From contig CAKQXD010000008.1 of assembly GCA_934281605.1 (NCBI GenBank), forward strand, positions 15,114-79,113: DNA of 64,000 nucleotides, in the 5' to 3' direction. The first letter of the stretch is position 1. Each line of letters opens with the position of its first letter. This DNA comes from an uncultured Clostridia bacterium. Its GTDB lineage: Bacteria > Bacillota > Clostridia > Peptostreptococcales > Anaerovoracaceae. Of the stretch, positions 8,313-18,410 are shown piece after piece. The translations under genes were made by a program, and so were the position numbers. The notes beneath the pieces are model-generated. The model saw nothing but the letters and a program-made list of their open reading frames with translations, was not told the origin of the DNA and made no database searches.

Positions 8313-8650
8313 TGATACCATAGGCTGGGAACGCTCCGGCACGTTTTTATGATTTTATCGCAGTATATTGGGGAAAAATCATAGTGACGGGAGCAGGATT
8401 CGCGTAAGGATGAAAATCTGGAAATTATTAGGATGATTTTCATCCGAAATTGCGATCCGCCTAAAATAAGGATGATTGGATAAAAAACCACCGCCTAAAA
8501 CAGCCCGATTCATCCTTATTCCTGGTCCTCACGCGAATAAGGATGAATCGCTCCGAACCGTAGTACCCCGAACTGGAATTGTCCCGACCCGAAGCTGCCC
8601 GGACCTGGAGCACCCCGCCCCACAGCACCTGAGAATAAGCCTGAACTACC

Positions 8651-9190
8651 CTAAACCCGCGGCAGCCTCCTTAAAATCAGCCAGGAGATGATGCCAATGG
8701 CGGCGCCGCTGGCGACGCCGGAGAAGATGAGCACCGGGAAGTAGGCGAACATTTTGAGATTAGAGACCAGGAACGAAGCTACCAGGATCTGCCCCAGGTT
8801 GTGGGCGACGCCGCCTGCGATGGAGACTCCGGTGACGGAAAACCAGCCGGTCTTCTGCAGCAGGAACATGACCAGGAAGCTGAGAAGAGCACCTGCCATG
8901 GAATAAGCAGCGCCAAAGAGCCCGGTAAACAGCAGACCGGCGATCAAAACCCGAACGATGTTGACCGTCAGTGCGTAGCGCGGGCCCAGATAATACAGGG
9001 TGACGATGATCACCAGGTTGGCGATCCCCAGTTTGATGCCGGGAATGGCAGGCGTGAAGGGGATCAGGAATTCAATGTACGAAAAAATCAGCGCCAAAGA
9101 GACCATGAGTGCGGTCAATGCTGTGCGCCGCGCGTGGCTGTCGTGTGAAGTTGTCGGCGTTTGCTGCCGTTTCATGCAGTCGTTTTTCAT
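8651..9190 (-). CDS. Gx transporter family membrane protein (heptaprenyl diphosphate synthase component I-like)
   Basis: about 5 TM helices, Gly-rich; typical partner of NusG-domain-II protein and ApbE. Confidence 0.5.
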   Translation of the reverse strand: MKNDCMKRQQTPTTSHDSHARRTALTALMVSLALIFSYIEFLIPFTPAIPGIKLGIANLVIIVTLYYLGPRYALTVNIVRVLIAGLLFTGLFGAAYSMAGALLSFLVMFLLQKTGWFSVTGVSIAGGVAHNLGQILVASFLVSNLKMFAYFPVLIFSGVASGAAIGIISWLILRRLPRV

Positions 9191-9203
9191 ATTTGTTCCT
9201 TAT

Positions 9204-9566
9204 CTACCTTGCCACCGAGTCATACTCCGATGTGCCGCCTTTGATTTCCAGCATGACTTTGTTGGGCAGGCACACGATGCTCTCCCCCGTTTGGGAGATG
9301 GCGTGCTGTTCAACGCAGTCCTGTCCGCGGCAATCGGAAAAACTCATTGAAACCTTACCGTTCTTTATGGTAATCTTATTTATATGTGAATCCTGTTTTA
9401 CTTCGATCGTGCGATTCTCGGCGAGGGAGTAGGTCCCGAAGACTTTCCCGGCTCTGGTGATGACCAGTTCGCTGCCCGCCGTCTGCCCGAAGGAGAAAAA
9501 CCAGGACATGGCCAGCCCGATGACGATCAGGGCCAGAGCCAGTATCACATCCGCTTTTTTTATCAT
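9204..9566 (-). CDS. NusG domain II-containing protein (DUF1312)
   Basis: N-terminal TM then beta-rich domain; ATG at 9564-9566 with GGAGG RBS; the ORF-track start is upstream at an alternative codon. Confidence 0.5.
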   Translation of the reverse strand: MIKKADVILALALIVIGLAMSWFFSFGQTAGSELVITRAGKVFGTYSLAENRTIEVKQDSHINKITIKNGKVSMSFSDCRGQDCVEQHAISQTGESIVCLPNKVMLEIKGGTSEYDSVAR

Positions 9567-9593
9567 AACAATACCTCCGGAGGTACCAGGAAT

Positions 9594-10640
9594 ATGCATA
9601 TAACATCAAGAACCGGCACATGGATCAAACTTCTGCCGGCCATACTGATAACAGTACTCATCATTATAACACAAACCGGGTGCGGCGAAAAAGACCCTGT
9701 TTCCAAATCTGACTTCTGTCTGGACACCACCTGCGATATCAAGCTCTACGATATGGGGTCCGGTGAGGCCAGCAAGATCCTGGACGGCGCATTCGAAGAG
9801 ATCGACAAGTACGAAAATCTCATGAGCAAGACCATCGAAGGCAGTGACGTCTACAAGATCAATCACGCCCAGGGGCAGCCGGTGGAAGTCTCGAAAGACA
9901 CCCTTAAGGTTATCAAAATGGGAATCGAAATGGGCGATCTCTCCGGCGGCATGTTCGATATTACCATCGGTAAAGTGTCCTCTCTCTGGAATTTCAACGG
10001 AGACGATCCGAAGGTGCCGGAGCAGTCGGATCTCAACGACGCACTCACGACGGTAGGCTATAAAAACATCGTTATCGACGGCAGTTCCGTCAGTCTGAAA
10101 AATCCTCGGGCGGAGCTGGATCTGGGCGGCGTGGCCAAGGGCTATATCGCCGACAGAGTCTGCGACTATCTGGAGAAGCAAGGCGTAGAAAAAGCCGTCA
10201 TCAACCTGGGCGGCAACGTGGCCGTGCTGGGAGAAAAGGACAAGGATACCCCGTGGAACATCGCCATCGAGCGCCCTTACAGCGACCGGACGGAGATGAT
10301 GGGTTACGTTTCGGTCAAGGATGCGACGGTAGTAACGTCCGGCATTTACGAGCGAAAATTCGAACAGGACGGCGTCCTCTACCATCACGTGCTGGATCCT
10401 CATACCGGTTATCCGGTGGACTCGGATCTGGAAGCGGTGACCATCCGCGCGGCGCGGGGCAATTCCGGTTTCTGCGACGGCCTATCCACCGTTTGTCTGA
10501 TGCTGGGCCGGGATAAAGCGCAGGCCCTGATCGAGACGTTACAGAAGGAGCATCCGGAAATGAAGCTGGAAGCCGCCTTTATCGATAAAAACGACACCAT
10601 GACCCAGACCGACGGCATGGACGTCAAGAAGGATGAATAA
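9594..10640 (+). CDS. apbE: FAD:protein FMN transferase ApbE (lipoprotein)
   Basis: Lipobox ITQTGC; GGVAKGY and HHVLDPHTGYP motifs. Confidence 0.75.
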   Translation: MHITSRTGTWIKLLPAILITVLIIITQTGCGEKDPVSKSDFCLDTTCDIKLYDMGSGEASKILDGAFEEIDKYENLMSKTIEGSDVYKINHAQGQPVEVSKDTLKVIKMGIEMGDLSGGMFDITIGKVSSLWNFNGDDPKVPEQSDLNDALTTVGYKNIVIDGSSVSLKNPRAELDLGGVAKGYIADRVCDYLEKQGVEKAVINLGGNVAVLGEKDKDTPWNIAIERPYSDRTEMMGYVSVKDATVVTSGIYERKFEQDGVLYHHVLDPHTGYPVDSDLEAVTIRAARGNSGFCDGLSTVCLMLGRDKAQALIETLQKEHPEMKLEAAFIDKNDTMTQTDGMDVKKDE

Positions 10641-10641
10641 G

Positions 10642-11655
10642 ATGACAAAACACATCGATGTGATCGTGCCCTGCTACAACGAGGAGAGCAGCCTGGATCG
10701 TTTCTGGAAAGGATCCGGCGCGGCGTTTTCGCAGATCAAAGGGTACGCATTCCGCTATATTTTCATAGACGACGGGAGCACCGACGGGACGCTGGACAAG
10801 ATCCGCCAGCTGGCGTCTTTGCAGGATGCTGCAAAGACCGATGCTCCGGGAGCACCGGTCTCTCCGGAGGAATTTGCACCGCAGGTCTCCTACATTTCCT
10901 TCAGCCGGAACTTCGGCAAGGAGGCCGCCATGTACGCCGGTTTGCAGGCGTCACGCGGGGACTTTGCAGTGATCATAGACGCTGACCTGCAGCATCCCCC
11001 GGAATTAGTAGAAAAGATGATCCGCATCGTAGAGGAAACCGGATGCGACAGCTGCGCCGCGCGGCGTGTGAGCCGCAAGGGCGAGCCGAAGATCCGCAGC
11101 GCTTTTGCACGGGCATTTTACAAATTGATGAACCGGTACAGCGACATCGAGATCGTGGACGGAGCGGTGGATTTCCGGCTTATGAGCAGGCAGATGGTCA
11201 AAGCCATCGTGCAGATGCCGGAGCGGCAGCGGTTTTCCAAGGGGATCTTTTCCTGGGTCGGCTTTGATACGGAATGGATCGAATTTGAAAACGTGCAGCG
11301 GATCGCAGGCGAGAGCAAGTGGACCCTGTGGGGACTGGTGAAATACGCCCTGGATGGGTTCATCGACTTTGCAGAAGCTCCCCTGAAACTGGTGGGGGTG
11401 CTGGGTGGACTGACCACCGTATGCTCCGCCATATACTTCCTCATCGAATTTTTTAAGACGGTGATCATCGGCCGGGATACGCCGGGATATGCGTCCACCA
11501 TATGCCTGATTCTGTTTTTTGGCGGACTGATCATCGCCATCTTAAGCCTGATGGGCGAGTACATCGGCAGGATGTATCTGGAAACGAAAGGAAGACCGAT
11601 TTATATAGAAAAGGAAAGCAATATAGATGAAGAGACGAAGAGAGAGACCGATTAA
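10642..11655 (+). CDS. family 2 glycosyltransferase (GtrB/CsbB-like polyprenyl-phosphate sugar transferase)
   Basis: VIVPCYNEE, FIDDGSTDGT, DADLQHPP motifs; two C-terminal TM helices; ATG 10642 preferred over 10633 on RBS spacing. Confidence 0.7.
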   Translation: MTKHIDVIVPCYNEESSLDRFWKGSGAAFSQIKGYAFRYIFIDDGSTDGTLDKIRQLASLQDAAKTDAPGAPVSPEEFAPQVSYISFSRNFGKEAAMYAGLQASRGDFAVIIDADLQHPPELVEKMIRIVEETGCDSCAARRVSRKGEPKIRSAFARAFYKLMNRYSDIEIVDGAVDFRLMSRQMVKAIVQMPERQRFSKGIFSWVGFDTEWIEFENVQRIAGESKWTLWGLVKYALDGFIDFAEAPLKLVGVLGGLTTVCSAIYFLIEFFKTVIIGRDTPGYASTICLILFFGGLIIAILSLMGEYIGRMYLETKGRPIYIEKESNIDEETKRETD

Positions 11656-14305
11656 GATCGGAGCCTCCTGCAAAGAAATCGTACAACGAATTAAACTGAT
11701 TTTGGCGGCGTTCTGCCTGCCGGTGCTTTTGATGCTGCTGGCATTCCTGGTGATGGGTATCTATCCGGCGGGAGAAAACCAGATCGCCGTCATCGACATG
11801 TACCACCAGTACGTTCCATTCCTGGGCGAACTGCAGAACAAGCTGCAGAGCGGCGGCAGTCTGTTTTATATGTGGAACGGCGCTGGCGGCAGCAACTTCT
11901 GGAACCTGCTGGCCTACTATGGAGCCAGTCCGCTGAACCTGATCCTGGTGCTGTTTCCGAAGAAGTTCCTCATGGAAGGGGTCACGCTGATCCTGCTGCT
12001 CAAGATCGGACTTTGCGGGAGCACCATGGCGGTATATTTGCGGACGGTTTTCTGGGACAGCCAGGGCCGGCGTGCCGATGTGTCTCTGGTGGGCTTTGCG
12101 ACCCTGTATGCGCTGTGTTCCTACGTGATGGCGTATTACTGGTGCATCATGTGGATGGATGCGGTTGCACTGCTGCCTCTTTGCATCCTGGGTCTCCACA
12201 GGATCCTGGAAGGGGACAGCGGGGTATTTTATACCGTGTGCCTGGCGCTGACGGTGTTCATCAATTATTACATGGCCATCATGGTCTGCATTTTTATCCT
12301 GTGCTACTATCCGGTGCTGTATTTTATCAAGGTGCAGGGGGAGAGCGCGGGGCATTTTTTCAAGACGACGGGACGGGCTGTGGGTTATTCCCTGCTGGGA
12401 GTCGCTATGGCGGCGGTCATGCTGCTGCCGACCTGGCTCAGCATGCAGTCCACGTATTATATTTCGGCGGATATGCCGCAGGAGACGGAGTTTTACAACG
12501 ATCTTCTGGATATCCTCAACCAGCTGCTGCCTAACGCACAGCTGACTTACCGGGAGGGACTGCCGAATCTCTACTGCGGGATGTTCGTGGTGATCCTGCT
12601 GGTGTTTTACTGGATCAGCAAGACGATTTCTTTGCGGGAAAAACTGCTCAACGGAGCGTTTCTCGTTTTCCTGATCCTGAGCCTGAATATCAACAAGCTG
12701 GACTTTATCTGGCACGGATTCCATTTCCCTAATCAGCTGCCGTATCGTTATACCTTTGTGATCTGCTTCCTGCTTATCGGGATGGCGTATAAAGTCTTTC
12801 TGCGGGTGGATGAGATCCGGATCCGGCATCTGTGGATCGTTCTGGCGGCGGGCGGCGGCTATTACGTGCTGGCGCAGAAGATCCTGACGGAGCATATCAA
12901 AGACATGGATCTGTTCGTTTACAGCGGACTGGCATGGCTGGCGCTGTACGGCGGGGTGCTGATCCTTTACAAAAAAGGACTGCTTCAGAAGAATCTGCTG
13001 ATCGTGCTGACGGTGATCCTTCTGACCTGCGAAATGGTGTCCAACACCTGCACGTCTCTGGACAAGGTGGGAACGACGCTTCGCAGCAATTACTACGAGA
13101 ATGAAGCGGATGTGACCAAGCTGATCGAAGCCACGGAAGGCACGGGCGGCGATTTCGGGCGGACGGAGATGAACGATAATTATATCCTCAACTGTCCGGC
13201 TATGTATCATTATAAAGGGATCTCCCAGTTTTCCTCTTCTGTTAATGCCAATGCGACGGCTCTGATGGAGCAGATCGGCGTGGAAGGGGAGCCGAGCAAG
13301 AACCGGTTCAATTACAATCAGACGGATCCGGTGACTAATGCAATGCTCAATATCCGGTACCTCATCGGCAAGAATCTGCCCATCGAAGACAGCGATTTTA
13401 CCCTCATCGGAAGATCGGGAAACAGCAGATTGTATGAGAGCAAGTATCCATTGTCTATCGGCTATATGACGGCGGGAACGATCCGGACGTGGAACTATGA
13501 ACAGGATAACCCGTTTCGGGTGCTGGACGATTACGTGAGAGCGGTGACGGAAAACAAGTACACCCGTATTTTCAGCGAGGTGGAGGCGTCAGATGTGGCT
13601 TCCTCCAATGTGGAGCTGACCAGCACGGGAACCGGCACGTGGGACTGCAAGCTGAACAATGAAGATAAAAAAAGCAAGACGGTCCTGAACTACGAGGCAA
13701 AAACGACGGGTAAACAGTATCTTTTCATCGAAGCGGACGAGGCGGATACCATTCTGGTCAGCCGGGAAGGCAAGGACGGCAAGACGGAGATCCGCAACGA
13801 CTGCGGCTCCATCGTCAATATCGGCGAGATGGAGCAGGGCGATGTGTTTACCGTTACGATAGAATACAAAGCAGGAAAGATGGGCTCCGTGGTAAGCCAC
13901 GTCTGCACCATGGATGACGCCATCTGGCAGGATGCGTATAAAACGCTTTCTGCTGATTTGCTGGACGTGACCGATTACGGGGATTCCTATTTGAAGGGTA
14001 AGATCCACGTGGATCAGGACGGCGTGTTTGTGACGTCGATCCCGTATGAAGCGGGTTGGACGTTAAAGGTAGACGGGCGCACTCGCGAAATCAACGAACT
14101 GGTAGGCGGAGCATGGATATCCACCAGCCTGTCAGCCGGGGAGCACGAGATCGAGCTGAGCTTCCGGCCGCCGGGACTGATCGCAGGACTGCTGATCACG
14201 CTGGCCTGCATCGGACTGCTGATCGCTGCAGAATGGTGGCGGAGAAGACGCTTAACCTCTCCACCGCTCGATGAGAGTCCGGAAGAGCTGTGGGATCTCC
14301 ACTAG
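11627..14305 (+). CDS. YfhO family membrane glycosyltransferase
   Basis: 892 aa, many N-terminal TM helices and large C-terminal extracytoplasmic domain; paired with the GtrB-like GT2 as in CsbB/YfhO systems. Confidence 0.65.
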   Translation: MKRRRERPIKIGASCKEIVQRIKLILAAFCLPVLLMLLAFLVMGIYPAGENQIAVIDMYHQYVPFLGELQNKLQSGGSLFYMWNGAGGSNFWNLLAYYGASPLNLILVLFPKKFLMEGVTLILLLKIGLCGSTMAVYLRTVFWDSQGRRADVSLVGFATLYALCSYVMAYYWCIMWMDAVALLPLCILGLHRILEGDSGVFYTVCLALTVFINYYMAIMVCIFILCYYPVLYFIKVQGESAGHFFKTTGRAVGYSLLGVAMAAVMLLPTWLSMQSTYYISADMPQETEFYNDLLDILNQLLPNAQLTYREGLPNLYCGMFVVILLVFYWISKTISLREKLLNGAFLVFLILSLNINKLDFIWHGFHFPNQLPYRYTFVICFLLIGMAYKVFLRVDEIRIRHLWIVLAAGGGYYVLAQKILTEHIKDMDLFVYSGLAWLALYGGVLILYKKGLLQKNLLIVLTVILLTCEMVSNTCTSLDKVGTTLRSNYYENEADVTKLIEATEGTGGDFGRTEMNDNYILNCPAMYHYKGISQFSSSVNANATALMEQIGVEGEPSKNRFNYNQTDPVTNAMLNIRYLIGKNLPIEDSDFTLIGRSGNSRLYESKYPLSIGYMTAGTIRTWNYEQDNPFRVLDDYVRAVTENKYTRIFSEVEASDVASSNVELTSTGTGTWDCKLNNEDKKSKTVLNYEAKTTGKQYLFIEADEADTILVSREGKDGKTEIRNDCGSIVNIGEMEQGDVFTVTIEYKAGKMGSVVSHVCTMDDAIWQDAYKTLSADLLDVTDYGDSYLKGKIHVDQDGVFVTSIPYEAGWTLKVDGRTREINELVGGAWISTSLSAGEHEIELSFRPPGLIAGLLITLACIGLLIAAEWWRRRRLTSPPLDESPEELWDLH

Positions 14306-15637
14306 GGGGATCTGATTATAATAAAGAGCTAAAAGTCCCTCCTTCGGATGAGGGACTGCAGGGATGCCGAGCTGCTCGGCATCCTTTTTTAATTCCTCCG
14401 TCGTTTTGCTGCTCTTGACGTTGAGGATGACGCTGATCCCGGATGATGTATTCTTTACCGTTACGAAATCGGACGCAGCCTCTGCAAAGGTGTCGGTCAC
14501 GGCAGACAGCTTCTGTGAATAGAGTTTTCTAAGCTTTTTGATGTGGGTCTGGTAGTGCCCGCTCTCCATGAACATGGCCAGGGTCAGCTGCTCCAACTTG
14601 GAACAGGTCTGGGAATAGTCCTGGGCCATGGACGAAAACAGGCGGGCCATCTTCTCCGGGAGCACCATGTAGCTGATCTTCACCGCGGCGAACAGGGTGC
14701 TGGAGAAGGATCCCAGGTAGATGACCCGGCTGCTGTTTTCCAGGCTCTTGAGGGCCGGGATCGGCTTGCTGAAATACCGCAGTTCGCTGTCGTAGTCGTC
14801 CTCGATGATGTAGCTGTCGTTGCTGGCAGCCCAGCCCATCAGTTCATAGCGTCTGCCGATAGGCATGACGGCTCCGGTAGGCACGTGGTTGGACGGGCTG
14901 ACGTAGACGGCGGTGCGTATATTGGTCGGAAGTTTTTCGATCATCAGGCCGTCGTCGGCCACTTCTACGGGAGTCAGTGCAAAGCCGCGGTCGCGGAAGA
15001 TGCTGCGGACCGGCAGGTATCCCGGGTCTTCTAAAGCTACGTGCTCAATGGAAAGTTTTCGAAGCAGGGTCGCCAGATGGTTGGTGATCTGCTGGGTGCC
15101 GGCGCCGATGATGATCTGCTCCGGATCGCAGGAAACGCCGCGGGACATGTAGAGATACCGGGAGATCTCCGCCCGCAGCTCCGGCTCGCCCTGGGGATCA
15201 CTCTCGAAAAATAAAGACGTGGAAAACTCCGTCAGGATCTTGTTCATGCACTTTTTCCACTTGTTGAAATCGAAGCAGTCGGGGTCGCAGTGAAACGCCG
15301 GCGTGCTGGATCCGAACGTGATCTCCGCGTCGCTCTGAGGCGCCAGCAGTTCGCTGGCCGAGGGAGCCAGGGTCTGGCTCAGGTGGGAGAAAACGTCCCG
15401 CACGTAGTAGCCTGACTGGGCTTTGCTGTAGACGTAGCCTTCCACCAGCAGCTGGTTGTAGCTCTGCTCCACGGTGGTGACGCTTAGTCCCGTGGATCTG
15501 GAAAGGCTCCGAAGCGAAGGCAGCTTCTCGTTTTCCCGGATCTCACCCTTTAAAATGGCGTCCCTGATATAGTCGTAGAGCTGCAGATAATATGGTTTTT
15601 GACGGCTGTCGTCCAGCACAGGCATGATGGCTTTCAT
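14252..15637 (-). CDS. MocR/PdxR-family regulator (GntR HTH fused to PLP aminotransferase-like domain)
   Basis: N-terminal KLPSLRSLSRSTGLSVTTVEQSY HTH, about 380-aa aminotransferase-like domain; 3' end overlaps yfhO 3' end by 54 nt. Confidence 0.65.
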   Translation of the reverse strand: MKAIMPVLDDSRQKPYYLQLYDYIRDAILKGEIRENEKLPSLRSLSRSTGLSVTTVEQSYNQLLVEGYVYSKAQSGYYVRDVFSHLSQTLAPSASELLAPQSDAEITFGSSTPAFHCDPDCFDFNKWKKCMNKILTEFSTSLFFESDPQGEPELRAEISRYLYMSRGVSCDPEQIIIGAGTQQITNHLATLLRKLSIEHVALEDPGYLPVRSIFRDRGFALTPVEVADDGLMIEKLPTNIRTAVYVSPSNHVPTGAVMPIGRRYELMGWAASNDSYIIEDDYDSELRYFSKPIPALKSLENSSRVIYLGSFSSTLFAAVKISYMVLPEKMARLFSSMAQDYSQTCSKLEQLTLAMFMESGHYQTHIKKLRKLYSQKLSAVTDTFAEAASDFVTVKNTSSGISVILNVKSSKTTEELKKDAEQLGIPAVPHPKEGLLALYYNQIPLVEIPQLFRTLIERWRG

Positions 15638-15835
15638 GGCTTCCTCCTGATTGTACTGATAAAAATAAATATTTTTGTCTATTCAATTAGATACAATTAT
15701 CCTGTAGTATAGTATAAAATAAACAGCGGAGTTTGAAAAGAGGTTGTATTCGTAAAGGCATCTCTCCCCCTTTTCAAAGCAAATGAAAGATGGTAAAATA
15801 AATACCGTATGTAGAAGAAGGGAAAGGATGAGTTT

Positions 15836-16663
15836 ATGGAAACTCTGAACATAAAAAATATCGTTTTACAGGCAGGACGGCCGAAGGTGGCGGTTCCACT
15901 GGTGAGTCAGCTGCCGCAGGAGATCATCGCCGAGTGCGAGCATGCTGCCATGCTGCCGTGCGATCTCATCGAGTGGCGTGCGGACAGTTATCTGTCTGGG
16001 CTCACTGATCTGGAGGAAGTGCTTCAGACGAAGGAATTTTACCTGGACTTTCTGAAGATTTTAGACGATCTGGAATACATCGCAGGGGACAAGCCGCTGA
16101 TCTTTACGCTGAGAAGCGTGGAACAGGGCGGTATGCTGCAGCTTTCGCAGGCGAAGAAGGCGGAGATTTATCAGCTGGTGGCTCAGTCAGGGCTGGCAGG
16201 GCTCATCGACGTGGAGCTTCCGGTGGCAGCGCAGTCGGCGGAGGATATTTGCGAGGAAGGCGGTCTTTCGCTGCGGGAGCAGATCGATGAGATCCACGCT
16301 TTTGGAGGTAAAGTCATTTGTTCCTATCACGAATTTGACCGGATGCTGAGTCCGGAGGAGATCCTGGAGAAGATCCAGATCATGCAGGCTGCAGGGGCGG
16401 ATGTGTTCAAGATCGCAGCCATGGCGGTGACCAAGGAAGATGCGGAAAACCTGCTGAAGACCACGGCGTTCCTCCATCAGAACGGCATCGGACCGCTGGT
16501 GATGATGGCCATGGGCGAATGGGGCAAGACTACGCGGGTCGCTGCGGGACGGTACGGCTCCTGCATCACCTTTGCCGCGGGGCAGGAAGCTTCGGCGCCG
16601 GGGCAGGTGGACGCGTTCACCATGCTCAAATGGCTGAACGATTATTACGGTGAAGAAGCATAA
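15836..16663 (+). CDS. aroD: type I 3-dehydroquinate dehydratase
   Basis: LIEWRADSY, PLIFTLRSVEQGG, KIA, ASAPGQ align with E. coli AroD ILEWRVDHY, PLLFTFRSAKEGG, ASAPGQ. Confidence 0.75.
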   Translation: METLNIKNIVLQAGRPKVAVPLVSQLPQEIIAECEHAAMLPCDLIEWRADSYLSGLTDLEEVLQTKEFYLDFLKILDDLEYIAGDKPLIFTLRSVEQGGMLQLSQAKKAEIYQLVAQSGLAGLIDVELPVAAQSAEDICEEGGLSLREQIDEIHAFGGKVICSYHEFDRMLSPEEILEKIQIMQAAGADVFKIAAMAVTKEDAENLLKTTAFLHQNGIGPLVMMAMGEWGKTTRVAAGRYGSCITFAAGQEASAPGQVDAFTMLKWLNDYYGEEA

Positions 16664-16734
16664 AATAATAAAGAGTTTAGAGCGCCGGGCGACGGGAATC
16701 TCTGTCGTCCGGCGAGTCAGTACGGAGAAAGAAA

Positions 16735-17574
16735 GTGACGGATTTCATAAAAGTAGAAAATCTGGTTTTTGATTATATCAAGAGTGAGGACGGCAGTACG
16801 TTCCGTGCCATTGACGACGTCAGCTTTACGGTGGAAAAGGGCAGTTTTACGGCGGTCATCGGGCAGAACGGCTCGGGCAAGTCGACGCTGGCCAAGAACA
16901 TCAACGGCCTGCTGGTACCGACGGGCGGCAAGATCTACGTGGACGGACTGGACACGGCGGATCCGGAAAACATCTGGGACGTGCGCCAGAAGGTGGCCAT
17001 GGTGTTCCAGAACCCGGACAACCAGATCGTGTCCTCGGTGGTAGAGGACGACGTGGCCTTTGGGCCGGAAAACCTGGGAGTAGATCCGCAGGAGATCCGA
17101 AAGCGGGTAGACGATGCGCTGAAAAGCGTAGAAATGTACGAATTTCGCAGGAAAGCGCCTCACCTTCTGTCGGGCGGTCAGAAACAGCGAATCGCCATCG
17201 CAGGAGCTGTGGCCATGGAGCCGGAATGCATCGTGTTCGATGAACCGACGGCTATGCTGGATCCGCGGGGAAGACGGGAAGTGATGAATGTCATCCACCG
17301 GCTCAATCAGAAGGGCATCACGGCGCTGCTGATCACTCATTTCATGGAAGAAGCTGCGGAGGCGGACAAGGTCATCGTGCTGGATCAGGGCGAGGTCAAG
17401 ATGACGGGAACGCCGCTGGAGATCTTCCGGCGCGCGGAGGAACTGAAAGCCCTCAGCCTGGGCGTGCCGCCGGCGGTAGATCTGGCGTATCGTTTGAGAG
17501 AGCGGGGGATCGAAGTCCCGCAGGATCTGCTGGAAGTAGAAGATATTGTGAGGTATTTATGTCAATTAAAGTAG
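16735..17574 (+). CDS. ecfA1: ECF transporter ATPase EcfA1
   Basis: Walker A GQNGSGKST, LSGGQKQR signature, Q-loop; three-gene ECF module. Confidence 0.8.
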   Translation: MTDFIKVENLVFDYIKSEDGSTFRAIDDVSFTVEKGSFTAVIGQNGSGKSTLAKNINGLLVPTGGKIYVDGLDTADPENIWDVRQKVAMVFQNPDNQIVSSVVEDDVAFGPENLGVDPQEIRKRVDDALKSVEMYEFRRKAPHLLSGGQKQRIAIAGAVAMEPECIVFDEPTAMLDPRGRREVMNVIHRLNQKGITALLITHFMEEAAEADKVIVLDQGEVKMTGTPLEIFRRAEELKALSLGVPPAVDLAYRLRERGIEVPQDLLEVEDIVRYLCQLK

Positions 17575-18410
17575 AAGGACTGACACATATATACAGTGAA
17601 GGACTGCCGGATGAATCCCTGGCGCTGGAAGACATCAGCTTTCACGCGCTGGACGGACAGCTGGTGGGCCTCATCGGTCATACCGGATCGGGGAAATCCA
17701 CCCTGGTACAGCATCTCAACGGGCTGCTGAAGCCGAAGAAAGGTCATATCATCGTGGGCGACGTGGACATCACGGCGGAGAATGTGGTGATGCGGGACAT
17801 CCGCAAGCGGATCGGTCTGGTGTTCCAGTATCCGGAGTATCAGCTGTTTGAGGAGACAGTTGCAAAGGACGTGGCGTTCGGGCCGTCCAATCTGGGGCTT
17901 TCTCAGGAAGAGGTGGACGAGCGTGTGCGCGAGGCCATAGAGCTGGTAGGACTGGATTACGACAAGGTGAAAAATCTGTCGCCGTTCGATCTTTCGGGCG
18001 GTCAGAAGCGGAGGGCTGCCATCGCGGGAGTTATCGCCATGAAGCCGGAGGTATTGATTTTAGACGAACCGACGGCGGGGCTGAACCCGAAGGCGCACGC
18101 TGACATTCTCAATATGGTAGAAAAGATCCACGAAAGCGAGAAGAACATCATTTTTCTGGTGTCCCACAACATGGACGACATCGCCAGAATGTCCGATAAA
18201 GTCCTGGTGATGGATCACGGCAGGCTGATGATGGACGGAACGCCGGAAGAGGTCTTTGCACGCGGAGAAGAGCTGAAGGAAATGGGACTGGCCCTGCCGG
18301 CCTCCATGGAGATCGCTGCCCAGCTGCGTGAGAAGGGCTTTGCAGTGGAAGGAACATGTCTGACGATGGAAGAAACGGCAGACAGGATAGCAGAGGTATT
18401 GAAACGATGA
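17559..18410 (+). CDS. ecfA2: ECF transporter ATPase EcfA2
   Basis: GHTGSGKST, LSGGQKRR; overlaps ecfA1 end. Confidence 0.8.
   Translation: MSIKVEGLTHIYSEGLPDESLALEDISFHALDGQLVGLIGHTGSGKSTLVQHLNGLLKPKKGHIIVGDVDITAENVVMRDIRKRIGLVFQYPEYQLFEETVAKDVAFGPSNLGLSQEEVDERVREAIELVGLDYDKVKNLSPFDLSGGQKRRAAIAGVIAMKPEVLILDEPTAGLNPKAHADILNMVEKIHESEKNIIFLVSHNMDDIARMSDKVLVMDHGRLMMDGTPEEVFARGEELKEMGLALPASMEIAAQLREKGFAVEGTCLTMEETADRIAEVLKR

Noticed and set aside
8340-8650. Possible CRISPR array or IS terminal repeats
   Set aside because: The repeats are short (6-15 bp), irregularly spaced and partly inverted; there are no 28-37-bp regularly spaced direct repeats, no cas genes and no transposase ORF.
11531-13210. 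559-aa minus-strand ORF (and a 220-aa plus-strand ORF at 11872-12534) inside yfhO
   Set aside because: Arg/His/Gln-rich, low-complexity translations typical of out-of-frame reading of a GC-rich gene; yfhO on the plus strand has a coherent multi-TM product and an RBS.
15638-15835. MocR operator repeats or aroD leader hairpin (TTTGAAAAG..CTTTTCAAA) in the divergent spacer
   Set aside because: Only weak, short repeats are visible; this cannot be distinguished from chance without comparative data.
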